Shown here: positions 50,737 to 61,076 of the stretch, piece by piece | How positions within the stretch are numbered: the first letter of the stretch is position 1 | Layout: every line of letters begins with the position of its first letter | From: Marispirochaeta sp. | Lineage (GTDB): Bacteria > Spirochaetota > Spirochaetia > JC444 > Marispirochaetaceae | Direction: 5' to 3' | NCBI GenBank assembly: GCA_963676835.2 | Contig: CAXXFF010000002.1 | Span: forward strand, 96,001-160,000 | Length of the DNA stretch: 64,000 nt | Program-made: the position numbers and the translations under genes | Notes under the pieces: generated by a model | Seen by the model: the letters and a program-made list of their open reading frames with translations, nothing else | The model's database searches: none | Told to the model about the DNA's origin: nothing

Positions 50737-50767
50737 AAAAAAGAAAAGCCAGGCTTTACAGCCTGGC
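50737..50767 (-). terminator. Rho-independent terminator of the RNA-binding protein gene
   Basis: GCCAGGCT stem with a T-rich tail on the minus strand. Confidence 0.8.
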
Positions 50768-50787
50768 CTTAACTGTCAACGTTCGGT

Positions 50788-51063
50788 TTAGTACTGAAAC
50801 CGCCGTTCCCGGGGTTTCCGGTCGTTTGCTTCGCTGACCCGAAGTTCTCTTCCGTCGAGTTCCTGACCGTTGAGAGCGGAGATAGCAGCTTCTGCCGCAT
50901 CATCCTCTTCCATCTCAACAAAGCCGAAGCCCTTTGAGCGGTCGGTGTAACGATCGGTGATGATTTTTGCGCTCAGAACCGCACCATACTGTGCGAAAGC
51001 CTGATTCAGCGCATCATCGGTGGTAGAGTAATTGAGATTACCCACATAGATCTTTTTTGCCAT
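50788..51063 (-). CDS. RRM-domain RNA-binding protein
   Basis: RNP2 IYVGNL, RNP1 KGFGFVEM; start MAKKIY with AGGAG RBS. Confidence 0.96.
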   Translation of the reverse strand: MAKKIYVGNLNYSTTDDALNQAFAQYGAVLSAKIITDRYTDRSKGFGFVEMEEDDAAEAAISALNGQELDGRELRVSEANDRKPRERRFQY

Positions 51064-51282
51064 GATTCTACTCCTGTGCACCTGTTCTACAGGTAAACCT
51101 TAATTTATGTAACTTTGTGTTCCTTGCGGATAAAGACCAGTACCAGAAAAAAGGAAGGTGCAATCGAGAGAAGCGCCATAGCGAGAACATAAGGCCGATA
51201 AGCAGTCTAGGACCTTTTAGAGAACCAGTATAGTACAAAGAACAACAGCATACTCTTATGCCGTCATTTGGGTTACCTCTTC

Positions 51283-51311
51283 ATCCTAGCAGAGATAGGT
51301 GGTGACGTCAA
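51283..51311 (-). promoter_or_regulatory. Sigma70-like promoter about 220 nt upstream of the RRM gene
   Basis: TTGACG-17 nt-TAGGAT with TG extension, minus strand. Confidence 0.65.
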
Positions 51312-51316
51312 GCAGA

Positions 51317-52294
51317 TTAATCTGCACCTCTCCAAAGCAGTCCAAGAACCTCTCTGGATGGACTTGATTCGGGAAAATCCGGCCCTTTTACTACCTTACC
51401 GCCCTCAAACAGGCCAGGGATATACTCCTTAACCTGACTTTTAAGCCAGTTTTCCGGTGCATCGGGAGCATTCAGGAGTGTCATAAGGACACCATGCGGA
51501 GCAAGCCATTTCCCCGCCCGGCGCAGAAGTTTGGGATAATCCCGGTTATATTGAAAACTCCGCCCCTGCCGCGAGGGAGGATCGGCAATAATAATATCAA
51601 AGAGTCCCATACGGTCCACCCGGGAGAAGGATTTCATAATATCCAGAGAAAGATACGATACCCTGCATGGTATCCCGTCTCCAAAATTAAGGACATGGTT
51701 CTCCCTGCCCCGGTCAAGAACCGCCTGTTTCATATCGATATTCACCACTTCACCAGCTCCTCCTGCCGCGGCAGCAACGGAAAAGCCGCAGGTGTAGGCA
51801 AACAGGTTCAGAACTCTCATGTCCCGGGAATGCTCCCGCACCCAGCTTCTGGCAGAACGGGCATCAAAGAAAAAGCCGGGGTTTTGTCCCCGCAGGGGTT
51901 CGGCAAAAAATTTCAGACCATCTTCAAGAAAGGTAAGCTTTTCCGGAACCGGAAAACCCGCAGAGGCAACAATTTCAGAGCCGCGGGAACTGCGTTCCTG
52001 AACAATTGCAGATCGGATTTCGTGAAGATCCCGGAATTCATCCAAAAGCCTTTTTAGAATTTTTTCCATATCCCCCCTCTCCTGCCCGGTCAGAGACCGG
52101 TACACCACGATAAAAAGAAGGGAACCATATACATCGGCGGAAAAATCCTCTAGTCCTGCAGCAGTGCCGCCGCGGCCATGAAGAAGCCTTCCGCTGAAAC
52201 CGGAGGGTTTATCGGCAAGCTGCCGGTGAATATACTGAAAAAAATCCTGAGAAAAAAGGGAAACCACGGCGCATGCTATAGGGTCGGACCGCAA
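51317..52294 (-). CDS. Class I SAM-dependent methyltransferase (RlmI-like)
   Basis: [22 protein letters not shown]...N, DIIIADPP. Confidence 0.88.
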   Translation of the reverse strand: MRSDPIACAVVSLFSQDFFQYIHRQLADKPSGFSGRLLHGRGGTAAGLEDFSADVYGSLLFIVVYRSLTGQERGDMEKILKRLLDEFRDLHEIRSAIVQERSSRGSEIVASAGFPVPEKLTFLEDGLKFFAEPLRGQNPGFFFDARSARSWVREHSRDMRVLNLFAYTCGFSVAAAAGGAGEVVNIDMKQAVLDRGRENHVLNFGDGIPCRVSYLSLDIMKSFSRVDRMGLFDIIIADPPSRQGRSFQYNRDYPKLLRRAGKWLAPHGVLMTLLNAPDAPENWLKSQVKEYIPGLFEGGKVVKGPDFPESSPSREVLGLLWRGAD

Positions 52295-52374
52295 ATGGTC
52301 AAGTCTGCCACTTCCTATTCGATCCGTTCGATTGTAGACTGTTTTCCAGGAAGCCCATAAGCAAAGGAGTTCTC

Positions 52375-53376
52375 ATGGCGTTTTTCGACCTGCCCCTGGA
52401 GGAACTTGCAATTTACCAGCCCGATGTCAAAGAACCTGATGATTTCGATCAGTTCTGGTCGGATACTCTCTCGGAAAGCCGCAGTTTTGACTTGGATCCC
52501 CGGTTTGAGAAAAAAGATTTCGGTCTTACCCAGATAGAAACCTACGATGTGAGTTTCCGGGGTTTTGCAGGACAGGAGATCAAAGGCTGGTTCCTGCTGC
52601 CCTCCGGAGCCGAGGGCCCTCTTCCGGGGATTGTGCAGTATATCGGCTACGGCGGCGGCCGGGGCTTTGCCACGGACTGGCTGGGCTGGCCTGCCGCTGG
52701 TTACGGCTGTCTGGTAATGGATACCCGGGGCCAGGGATCAAAATGGCGGAGAGGAGATACTCCCGACCTGGAACTCTCCGGCGGCAATCCCCAGTACCCG
52801 GGCTTCATGACCAGGGGTATTCTCAACCGCAATGACTATTACTACCGCAGACTTATTACCGATGCAGTCAGAGCCGTGGAAACAATCCGCAGTCACCATA
52901 AAATTGACGGAGACAGAATTGCCCTTACAGGTATCAGCCAGGGAGGGGGTCTTTCCATTGCCGCTGCCGCCCTGGACGGAAAAGTTACCGCCGCAATGCC
53001 GGATGTTCCCTTTCTCTGCCATTTCCGCCGGGCATGCACCATTACCGATATGCTACCCTATAAGGAGATCGCCGAGTTCTGCCACACCCACCGGGATAAA
53101 GAAGAGATAGTCTTCAACACATTGAACTATTTTGACAACCTCCATTTTGCCAGACGGGCAGAGATGCCCGCGCTCTTTTCCACCGCCCAGATGGACCAGA
53201 TATGCCCTCCTTCAACTGTCTATGCCGCCTATAACAGCTGGCGGGGAAAGAAAGAGATACGGACATATACCTTTAACGGTCACGAAGGGGGAGAAAGCTA
53301 TCAGTTTCTCGAGCAGCTCTCTTTCCTGTCAGGAATGGCAAAAATGACAAAAGCTGCCGGGCCAAACGGACAGTGA
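52375..53376 (+). CDS. Acetyl xylan esterase / cephalosporin C deacetylase (CE7)
   Basis: [28 protein letters not shown] nucleophile elbow, D.ICPPST, HEGG. Confidence 0.93.
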   Translation: MAFFDLPLEELAIYQPDVKEPDDFDQFWSDTLSESRSFDLDPRFEKKDFGLTQIETYDVSFRGFAGQEIKGWFLLPSGAEGPLPGIVQYIGYGGGRGFATDWLGWPAAGYGCLVMDTRGQGSKWRRGDTPDLELSGGNPQYPGFMTRGILNRNDYYYRRLITDAVRAVETIRSHHKIDGDRIALTGISQGGGLSIAAAALDGKVTAAMPDVPFLCHFRRACTITDMLPYKEIAEFCHTHRDKEEIVFNTLNYFDNLHFARRAEMPALFSTAQMDQICPPSTVYAAYNSWRGKKEIRTYTFNGHEGGESYQFLEQLSFLSGMAKMTKAAGPNGQ

Positions 53377-53723
53377 CAAAGGACTCTCTTCCGGGACTGC
53401 TGTTTCCGGTACTTACCGTTGCCCTACTGGCGGCAGGTCAGGTTTCCGCAAAATACGGTGCCTCCCTTAAAGCCGCTGGCAGCGGAGGTCTTCTCTATCT
53501 GCTCATTTCATACGGATGCTATATGCTCAGGGGAATTACCTGGGCAGGGACGCTGCGCCGCATGCCGGTAAGCCGGGCATACCCCTTACTGGCCGCTGGA
53601 TATCCTCTTATTCTCATCCTTTCATTTGCGATTTTCCGGGAAGAGTTAAATGCCGTAAAAGCTGTGGGCGCCGCTTTCATTACCCTGGGAGTCATTCTTG
53701 CCGGAGCATCTTCTGATGAATAG
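53373..53723 (+). CDS. Small DMT/EamA-SMR membrane protein, ArnE/F-like flippase subunit
   Basis: 116 aa, 4 [18 protein letters not shown]...GAAFITLGV. Confidence 0.75.
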   Translation: MTKDSLPGLLFPVLTVALLAAGQVSAKYGASLKAAGSGGLLYLLISYGCYMLRGITWAGTLRRMPVSRAYPLLAAGYPLILILSFAIFREELNAVKAVGAAFITLGVILAGASSDE

Positions 53724-54078
53724 CTGTACAGCCGCCGCAGAAGTAATTCTCACCGGGATAATAACCTCAACAGCACAGATCCTGCTGCGCCAGGCCGCCC
53801 CGAAGATTGTCTTTAACCGGGGACCGGTGAGTTTCATTGCTTCTGTTATCAATCCGCGTCTTGTAATCGGCGTATGTCTTGCCGCCGGGGCGCCACTGCT
53901 TTATTTTCATGCCCTCCAGACCCTTCCACTCTCCCTGGCCTTCGGCCTTTCAGCCCTCTCCTATATATGGGTACCCCTGGGAGGATGTCTCGTTCTCCGG
54001 GAACGCATTAACCGCCGGCGCCTTCTGGGAACTGCCGGCATCATCACCGGACTGCTGATCTGGAGTATCGGGCTTTGA
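53716..54078 (+). CDS. Second small DMT/EamA-SMR membrane protein, ArnE/F-like flippase subunit
   Basis: AQILLR, LPLSLAF..SALSY, LRERI...GTAGIITGL; start MNSCTA. Confidence 0.75.
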   Translation: MNSCTAAAEVILTGIITSTAQILLRQAAPKIVFNRGPVSFIASVINPRLVIGVCLAAGAPLLYFHALQTLPLSLAFGLSALSYIWVPLGGCLVLRERINRRRLLGTAGIITGLLIWSIGL

Positions 54079-54824
54079 AAATTACCCTGGTTATTCCCAC
54101 ATTTAACGGCTCCGAAGAGCTCAAGCGGCTTATGGAACAGGTGGAAGCAGTACTCGAACAGTCAGACTTTGCGGATTACGAAATAGTCCTGGTGGATGAC
54201 GGAAGCTGCGGGGAATACCGGCTCTTTATTGAAGACAAACTGATGCCGGAGCACCCCTGCCTGAGGGTACTCTACCTCCAGGGGAACTATGGGCAACAGC
54301 TTGCAACTATTACCGGACTAGCTCATGCCCGGGGAGATATAATAGCCACCATGGATGATGACCTGGAACACCCCCCGGCACAGCTGACCACATTAATACA
54401 AAGTATCCGGGAAGGCAGCGACCTTGCTTATGGAATTGCCGAAATTTCCTACGGTTCGCTGCTGAGAAAGTGGGGAGCCCTTCTCAGAGACCAGGTGTTT
54501 CGCCGCGTACTCAGGGTCCCTGCGGGGATACGGGTTTCAAGCTTCAGAGCCATGACCCGGGAGCTCGCCCTGGCGGTTATCGCCGGCCCCTGCCCCTGGC
54601 CCTACTTTTCCGCCATGGCCGTACGCCGCCATCCCCGTATTGCAAATATCGCCATGGATTTTCCCCGCAGAACCGACGGCAGGCAGAGAATTCTCCCTCT
54701 TGCCTTACTTCTGCTTAGAATCCTCCTGGCCTATTCTCTCCCGGGAGCAAAAAAGGCTCCACCGGTCAAGCTGCCTCCCCATGCGGAAATATTCTGCTCC
54801 CCCGCAGCGGGAGAGCTGCCGTGA
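54075..54824 (+). CDS. GT2 polyprenyl-phosphate glycosyltransferase (ArnC/GtrB-like)
   Basis: LVIPTFN, VDDGS, NYGQQ.A..GL..ARGD, TMDDDLEHPP, SSFRAM. Confidence 0.88.
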   Translation: MKITLVIPTFNGSEELKRLMEQVEAVLEQSDFADYEIVLVDDGSCGEYRLFIEDKLMPEHPCLRVLYLQGNYGQQLATITGLAHARGDIIATMDDDLEHPPAQLTTLIQSIREGSDLAYGIAEISYGSLLRKWGALLRDQVFRRVLRVPAGIRVSSFRAMTRELALAVIAGPCPWPYFSAMAVRRHPRIANIAMDFPRRTDGRQRILPLALLLLRILLAYSLPGAKKAPPVKLPPHAEIFCSPAAGELP

Positions 54825-56065
54825 GTACAATCCTTGTATTGGGAGGCGGAAGCAGTCAGTTTTCGGGAATCCACCGCTGCCGCGAAATGGGACACCGGGT
54901 TATTGTTGCGGATATAAACGCGAATGCCCCGGGCTGTGCCCTTGCCAATGGCTTTGCGGAAGCCAGTACCTTTGATCCGATAGGGGTTATCCAGGCGGCA
55001 AAAAAACACAGGGCCGACGGGATTCTCACCATGGGAAGCGACCAGCCGGTCCTCACCCAGGCCATTGCAGCGGCCGAGCTGGGACTGCCGTCATTCCTTT
55101 CTCCGGAAGCAGCCCTGGCGGCAACCAATAAAAAAGCGATGAAGCTTCCACTCCGGTCGGCAGGCGTTCCGCTTGCCCCCTTTGATATCCTTTCAGCCGG
55201 AATCCGGCGGGTACCGGAGTCAATTAAACTCCCGGCAGTTATGAAACCCCTGGACAGCCAGGGCCAGCGGGGTATTTTTTACCTTACCCGGAGGGAGATT
55301 CCCCGGGAAAACATAGAGGAAACCCTCTCCTATTCGAGGCAGACGGAATTTATAGTAGAAGAGTTTTATCCCGGAGGAGAGGTTACCCTCTCCGGCTGGC
55401 TCTGCGGGGGAGAACTGCAGGTGTTCAGTATCACCGACCGGGTAACCCGCCACCTGCTGCCCCGGCTGGGGGTTTGTTTTGCCCACCGTTTTCCCAGCAT
55501 GTATGCAGACAGGAGAGCTGATATTACCGCTGTCGCCGAGGACGCACTCAAGACCCTGAACATAACGGAAGGACCGGTTTACATACAGCTTTTTGTCGGC
55601 CCGGAAGGAATCGTTATTAACGAAGTAGCCTGCCGCCTTGGCGGTGCCTACGAGGATGAGTTTATACCTCTTATAACAGGTATAGATATCCTTGATCTGC
55701 TCATCCGGGGCAGCCTGGGTGAAAAAATACTGCCGGAAGAGATTCGCCCTGCAATAACCAGCCCTCCGGCAGTGACTGTACCACTGCTCTTCTGCCGTCC
55801 GGGAAAAATAGATCACTGGCAGGGAACAGCTGAAGCCGCAGCAATTCCAGGGATAGTGAATTATACACCGATTCTGCCGGCAGGCACCGTTATCGGCAAC
55901 ACGGAAAACTCTACCCAGCGGGCAGCCTACGCAATTATCAGCAGCCCCACTCCGGCGGAGGCAAACCTTTCTGTAGAGGAGTTTTTCCGCACCGCAGGCC
56001 CTGTTGATGAAGAAGAAAACCCCATGTTTATCGATTCCCGCCATGAGATGTGCTTTCCTTTTTAG
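54821..56065 (+). CDS. ATP-grasp ligase
   Basis: ILVLGGG, TNK..MK, VMKPLDSQGQRG, IVEEF..G.E, INEVACRLGG. Confidence 0.9.
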   Translation: MSTILVLGGGSSQFSGIHRCREMGHRVIVADINANAPGCALANGFAEASTFDPIGVIQAAKKHRADGILTMGSDQPVLTQAIAAAELGLPSFLSPEAALAATNKKAMKLPLRSAGVPLAPFDILSAGIRRVPESIKLPAVMKPLDSQGQRGIFYLTRREIPRENIEETLSYSRQTEFIVEEFYPGGEVTLSGWLCGGELQVFSITDRVTRHLLPRLGVCFAHRFPSMYADRRADITAVAEDALKTLNITEGPVYIQLFVGPEGIVINEVACRLGGAYEDEFIPLITGIDILDLLIRGSLGEKILPEEIRPAITSPPAVTVPLLFCRPGKIDHWQGTAEAAAIPGIVNYTPILPAGTVIGNTENSTQRAAYAIISSPTPAEANLSVEEFFRTAGPVDEEENPMFIDSRHEMCFPF

Positions 56066-56103
56066 TGTTATTTCTTAACGCCTTTCTCCGATCTCTCCGC
56101 TCT

Positions 56104-56139
56104 CTTCGATCACTTCGATAACTTCGATAACTTCGATCT
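56104..56139 (+). repeat. 9-bp tandem repeat, four copies
   Basis: CTTCGATCA CTTCGATAA CTTCGATAA CTTCGATCT. Confidence 0.9.
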
Positions 56140-56200
56140 TTATGTTTCCGGCCCGGGAACTCTTTACTGCCGCCATGCCGAAAAGGTATTCTGAAGTTCT

Positions 56201-57211
56201 ATGACAGGATTTCCGGGTTTAACCAGCAGCTTTACAAGCTTTACGTCAGGCAAATTATTTCGAATCATTACCTCTGCTCTGATACTTCTTTCAGCAGGAC
56301 TTTTTTTCAGCTGTTCCGGTAAAGACAGCACCCAAACCCTGCGTATCGCAGAGCAGTATGGTCTGGCCTATGCTCCCCTTCAGCTTATCCGCCTGGAGAA
56401 ACAGCTTGAAGAAGCAGGAATAAAGACGGAATGGGTCAAACTGATCAACACCGCCTCCATCCGGGAAGCCATGCTGGCCGGCAGGGTGGATATCGGCTTT
56501 ATGGGGATTCCCCCGTTTCTCATCGGCCGGGATAAAGGTATGGACTGGAAGATTTTCACCGGACTCTGCCGGGCGCCCCTGGGGCTGGTCAGCCGCAACA
56601 GGGAACTCAACAGCCTCGCAGACTTAAGAGCGGAAGACAGAATAGCCCTTCCCCAGCCGGGAAGTATTCAGCATATTCTTCTCTCCATGGCCGCCGAAAG
56701 GGAACTGGGGGACAGCCGCCGCTTCGACTCCAGGCTGGTTACCCTCTCCCACCCCGACGGATTTTCCGCACTCTCGAAGGGCAGCGGCATCAGCGCCCAC
56801 TATACATCGCCCCCCTATCTGTTCGAGGAGCTTAAACTTAAGGGAGCACGACTGCTTTCGGACGGAGAAACAGCCTTCGGCGGCCCTTTTACCTTTATTG
56901 TGGGAGTTGCCCGGGGAAATCTGTCTATGGAAAAACAGAAACTGCTGCGGAACTTCAATCGTATTCTAATAGCAGCCATGGAACGTTTTGAATCAGATCC
57001 TGAAAGCACCATACAAACTCTGAAATCAGAATACGCCATTTCCGAGTCCCTGCTCACTGAGTACCTCCTATCCGAAGGGCTTGAATACACTCCGGAAATT
57101 CTGGGAGTAGAACGGTTTCAGGATTTTATGTACACCTCAGCGTTGATAGAATCTTCTCCGGCGAAAATTGATTCACTTATCCTGAAAGTGGCCGGAGAAG
57201 TACAGCAGTGA
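56201..57211 (+). CDS. ABC substrate-binding lipoprotein, SsuA/NMT1-like
   Basis: Lipobox FFSC, IAEQYGLAYAP, IALPQPGSIQHILL, HPD, SPPY. Confidence 0.85.
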   Translation: MTGFPGLTSSFTSFTSGKLFRIITSALILLSAGLFFSCSGKDSTQTLRIAEQYGLAYAPLQLIRLEKQLEEAGIKTEWVKLINTASIREAMLAGRVDIGFMGIPPFLIGRDKGMDWKIFTGLCRAPLGLVSRNRELNSLADLRAEDRIALPQPGSIQHILLSMAAERELGDSRRFDSRLVTLSHPDGFSALSKGSGISAHYTSPPYLFEELKLKGARLLSDGETAFGGPFTFIVGVARGNLSMEKQKLLRNFNRILIAAMERFESDPESTIQTLKSEYAISESLLTEYLLSEGLEYTPEILGVERFQDFMYTSALIESSPAKIDSLILKVAGEVQQ

Positions 57212-58002
57212 AAATCTCAGGATTTCTTAATTCCCTGAAAAAAACTGCAGTCCGCCTCCTGATTTTCCTGCTGACAGGTCTGATCTGGGAAATCACCCGC
57301 AGGGCAAGCGGAGCACCGGAGGCACTGTTTCCTTCAATACCTGCAATTCTGAACCGACTTGCCATAGCCGTATTCAATGAGGATCTGAAAGAGCAGATAC
57401 TCTTTTCCCTGATACTTATCGGTTCAGGCCTTGCCGCCGGTTCTGTAACCGCCGCCTTTCTGGTTTTCCTTGCAGAACTGCACCCCGTCATGGGAAAGGC
57501 AGTTGATACCGCTGCCGCTGTATTCCACCCCCTGCCGGGGATTGCCCTCCTGCCGGTGGTAATACTCTGGTTCGGCACCGGAATTCCTGCAGTACTTATT
57601 ATAATCGTCCACTCTGTTCTCTGGCCCCTGACGGTGAATCTGAAAAGCGGGTATGAAAACCTGCCAGCCACATGGAGAATGGTGGCGGATATCTTCGGGT
57701 ATTCCCCTGCAGAACGGTTTTTCCGCATAACCCTTCCCGGCTCCTTTCCTTTTGTGCTGTCAGGCCTCAAGATCGCCTGGGCAAGAGCCTGGCGGGCCCT
57801 CATCAGCGCCGAAATGGTTTTTGGTGCCGTAGCCTATGCCGGAGGGATCGGCTGGTTTATTTTTTCCCGGAGGATATTCATGGATACCGCCGGCATCTTT
57901 GCGGGGATTCTGGTGGTAGTCGCCCTGGGACTCATTGTCGAGCAGGGCCTGTTCCGCCCCCTTGAAAAAGCCGCCCGGAAAAGATGGGGAACCCTGCCGT
58001 GA
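57208..58002 (+). CDS. ABC permease (SsuC/TauC-like)
   Basis: PLPGIALLP..ILWFG, WARAWRALISAEM. Confidence 0.9.
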   Translation: MKISGFLNSLKKTAVRLLIFLLTGLIWEITRRASGAPEALFPSIPAILNRLAIAVFNEDLKEQILFSLILIGSGLAAGSVTAAFLVFLAELHPVMGKAVDTAAAVFHPLPGIALLPVVILWFGTGIPAVLIIIVHSVLWPLTVNLKSGYENLPATWRMVADIFGYSPAERFFRITLPGSFPFVLSGLKIAWARAWRALISAEMVFGAVAYAGGIGWFIFSRRIFMDTAGIFAGILVVVALGLIVEQGLFRPLEKAARKRWGTLP

Positions 58003-58736
58003 AGAACCTTCTCTCCTTCAGAAACACCCGTATTGAATATCCCGGAAGCCCTCGGCCGGTACTGCAGAATTTTTCCATGGAGCTTAAACAGGGAGAACTC
58101 CTCTGCGTTCTCGGACCATCGGGCTGCGGAAAATCCACCCTGCTTAAAGCCGCTGCAGGCCTTATCTCTCCCGCAAAGGGCAGTATAACTCTATCACCGT
58201 CATCTCCGGAGAGGCTGTACCCGCGGGTTCTGGTACTTCAGCAGGAGGATCAGCTCTTTCCATGGATGACTGTAGAGGATAATGCCGGCATTCCCTTGAA
58301 AAGAGGGGGAAACAAAAACTGGCGGCAGAAAACACGGGAAATCCTTGCATCCCTTTCCATGGGGGATGCCGCCGGACTCTATCCGCACCAGCTTTCCGGG
58401 GGTATGCGGCAGAGGGCGGTCCTGGCCAGGGCCCTTGCCGCGGAACCGGAACTGCTGATGCTCGATGAACCCTTTGCCCATCTGGATGCCTCGGTGCGCT
58501 CATCCCTGCAGCATCTGGTAACAGATATCTGGCAGCAAAAAGAGAGCATGCCTTCCACGATTCTGTTTGTTACCCACGATATACAGGAAGCCCTGGTTCT
58601 GGCCTCAAGGATTCTGCTGTTTGACAGTAAAGGAAATATCCGGGAAGACAGAATAATAGAACTCCCCCGTCCGCGGGATCCCTTTGACGAAGAACTTGTT
58701 GCCATGGTCAGGGAAATCAGGAATCTCCTGGACTGA
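57984..58736 (+). CDS. ABC ATP-binding protein (SsuB/TauB-like)
   Basis: [34 protein letters not shown]. Confidence 0.93.
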   Translation: MGNPAVKNLLSFRNTRIEYPGSPRPVLQNFSMELKQGELLCVLGPSGCGKSTLLKAAAGLISPAKGSITLSPSSPERLYPRVLVLQQEDQLFPWMTVEDNAGIPLKRGGNKNWRQKTREILASLSMGDAAGLYPHQLSGGMRQRAVLARALAAEPELLMLDEPFAHLDASVRSSLQHLVTDIWQQKESMPSTILFVTHDIQEALVLASRILLFDSKGNIREDRIIELPRPRDPFDEELVAMVREIRNLLD

Positions 58737-60306
58737 AATCGAGCCGGTAGATTCGAACCTTCCACTCTTCCCGGTAGCGGTAGGCAGCAATCCTCATCCC
58801 GTAACCCGGGCTGGAAAACTCTTTTATAAGAGTGCCATCATTTTTCAGCAGCTCCTTCATTTCCGGATACCAGTAGGCAATATTGCCGTACAGTACATTC
58901 CACACCGGTCTGCGGGAATAAATAAAATCCAGCTCATCCGACAGAATTACATACTCTACAGACCGTTCCTTCAGGTACTCATCCAGACTGATTCCCGCAG
59001 AGCGGAGTTCCGCAAGATTTCTCCAGTCATAAAACTGCCCACCCGTCCCGGTCACATATTCGCCATAAAGATTACTCACTACTGTAGAATCCGCAGACAC
59101 CACATCCCGGATCTCTCCCATAAAGGACTGAAAGGACTCGGTCTCCCGGGAAATATCAGACAGGGAAAACCGGATATTTGCGGCCAAAAGAAGAACCGGA
59201 ATCACCAGCAGGAGTTTTTTCAGCATGAAATTCCCCGCAGGAAGAAGCGCACCGTAGATCCCCAGGTAAAAGAAAGGCAGGAGAAAAACGATTGAAGGCT
59301 GACTGTACTTACCAATAAGTGCCACAGCTATTGAAAAGCCCGCAAAGCCTGCCAGGGGCAGAGAATTACGGTTCCGGAAAAAATCGATAGTCAGAACCAG
59401 GGGAAACAGCAGCATCTGCAGCATAATCGGCGGAGTATGATAGGTCCCGCCTATGCGGAAAAACAGCTTTTTATAGAAAGCGGGAAGTCTCAGCCATTTA
59501 ATATCCGCCGGCTCCAGAACACCCAGAGGCCTGCCGTAGGCCAGATAATCAGAAATAAACGATGCATTAAAAAGGAAGCTGAGCAGCACAAAAACCGACG
59601 CAAAAATCCCCGTAGACAGAAGAAAAAGAAGCCCCTCTTTTAGGGTCCGTTTTCTTAACCCGATTGAGACCAAAAGAAAAAGTCCTGCCGGCCAGGCAAT
59701 AATAAAAGCATTGGGATGAAAACCGGCAGCAAGCCCCGTCACCGCCCCGGCAAAAAAGCCGCGCTTACCCGGGGGTAAATCATTTTTTGTCAGAAGAACC
59801 AGAACAGCAGTTTCCAGCAGAAGCAGCAGACTCTCCTGCCTGGCAAAATGGCTGCTGTAGATAAACTGAATATCCGCAGCCATTAGTAGGAGCATAAAAA
59901 TTCGCAGGAATTCTGATCTTCTGTTTTCCGCCTCATTCCGCCCCTCCCCGCCATTGCCGGGAGAGATATTGTGCAGAAGACGCCAGAATAAGAGCAGACT
60001 TACTGTTCCGGCCAGAAGTGAGAGAAGCCGCACAGCAAAAAGGCTGTAGCCGAAGAGCAGAACAAAGGGTATCTGCAGCAGATGGTAGAGTATTTTTATT
60101 GCATGGGGATGCCGGGGATAAAGATCAAAGAAGTCTTCCGTTGCAGCAGGAGATCCGGCATCCATCATGGAGAGGGTAAGCCCGCTCAGCCATGGCTCAT
60201 CGGTATGAACAAAAGGATAGGTATCCAGAAAAAGCAGGTTTACGGCAAACCACGACAGAGCGATAAAAATGACTATATGAGCTTCGCGGAGTTTACAGTC
60301 GACCAT
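58717..60306 (-). CDS. ArnT/PMT-like GT-C membrane glycosyltransferase
   Basis: TM1 followed by acidic HTDEPW loop, LFGYSLFAVRLLS, RQES, many TM helices, soluble C-terminal domain. Confidence 0.8.
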   Translation of the reverse strand: MVDCKLREAHIVIFIALSWFAVNLLFLDTYPFVHTDEPWLSGLTLSMMDAGSPAATEDFFDLYPRHPHAIKILYHLLQIPFVLLFGYSLFAVRLLSLLAGTVSLLLFWRLLHNISPGNGGEGRNEAENRRSEFLRIFMLLLMAADIQFIYSSHFARQESLLLLLETAVLVLLTKNDLPPGKRGFFAGAVTGLAAGFHPNAFIIAWPAGLFLLVSIGLRKRTLKEGLLFLLSTGIFASVFVLLSFLFNASFISDYLAYGRPLGVLEPADIKWLRLPAFYKKLFFRIGGTYHTPPIMLQMLLFPLVLTIDFFRNRNSLPLAGFAGFSIAVALIGKYSQPSIVFLLPFFYLGIYGALLPAGNFMLKKLLLVIPVLLLAANIRFSLSDISRETESFQSFMGEIRDVVSADSTVVSNLYGEYVTGTGGQFYDWRNLAELRSAGISLDEYLKERSVEYVILSDELDFIYSRRPVWNVLYGNIAYWYPEMKELLKNDGTLIKEFSSPGYGMRIAAYRYREEWKVRIYRLDFSPGDS

Positions 60307-60307
60307 A

Positions 60308-61072
60308 TCAGGCCCAGATATACTTGAGAACTTCCTCTCTCAGGGCGACAAACTCAGGTAAAGATTTTATCTCCCGGCTGTCCCGGTCGGAGTAACCGGA
60401 GCTGAACGGCGTCTCCACCTTCTGCAGAATCCGTCCGGGAAGTTCAGACATCACATAAACCTGAGTGGAGAGATAAATAGCTTCTTCAACGCTGTGAGTA
60501 ATGAATAACACAGTTTTCCGGGTTTCCCTCCACAGGCTCAGGAGCTCTTCCTGAAGGTGCTCACGGGTAAGAACATCCAGCGCTCCGAAGGGTTCATCCA
60601 TGAGCAGAATATCCGGATCATTGGCAAGAATCCGGGCAATGGCTACCCGCTGCTGCATTCCCCCCGAAAGCTCATAGGGCTGCATGTGGCCGAAATCCGA
60701 CAAATGAACCCTGCGCAGGTTCTCCTCAACAATTCTCTTCTGCTCCGATCTGGCAACTCCCCGCATTTTCAGCCCGAAGGCGACATTCTGTTCCACATTG
60801 AGCCATGGATAGAGGGAGGGCTTCTGGAATACTATCCCCCGGTCCTTTCCGGGGGCTGTCAGGGGGGCACCCTTTTCCATAATCGTACCCCTGGTCGGGG
60901 GAAGAAACCCGCCGATAACGTTAAGCAGGGTCGACTTTCCGCAGCCCGAAGGGCCGACAATACTGATAAAATCACCCTGATTCACCGTCAGGGAAACATC
61001 CTGTACCGCGGAAAGAGGACCCTTTTTTGTCTCAAAGTCTACGGATATCCCGGAGAGTTCCAGAAGATTCAA
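60308..61072 (-). CDS. tauB: Taurine-type ABC ATP-binding protein
   Basis: [40 protein letters not shown]. Confidence 0.85.
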   Translation of the reverse strand: MNLLELSGISVDFETKKGPLSAVQDVSLTVNQGDFISIVGPSGCGKSTLLNVIGGFLPPTRGTIMEKGAPLTAPGKDRGIVFQKPSLYPWLNVEQNVAFGLKMRGVARSEQKRIVEENLRRVHLSDFGHMQPYELSGGMQQRVAIARILANDPDILLMDEPFGALDVLTREHLQEELLSLWRETRKTVLFITHSVEEAIYLSTQVYVMSELPGRILQKVETPFSSGYSDRDSREIKSLPEFVALREEVLKYIWA

Positions 61073-61076
61073 ACTG

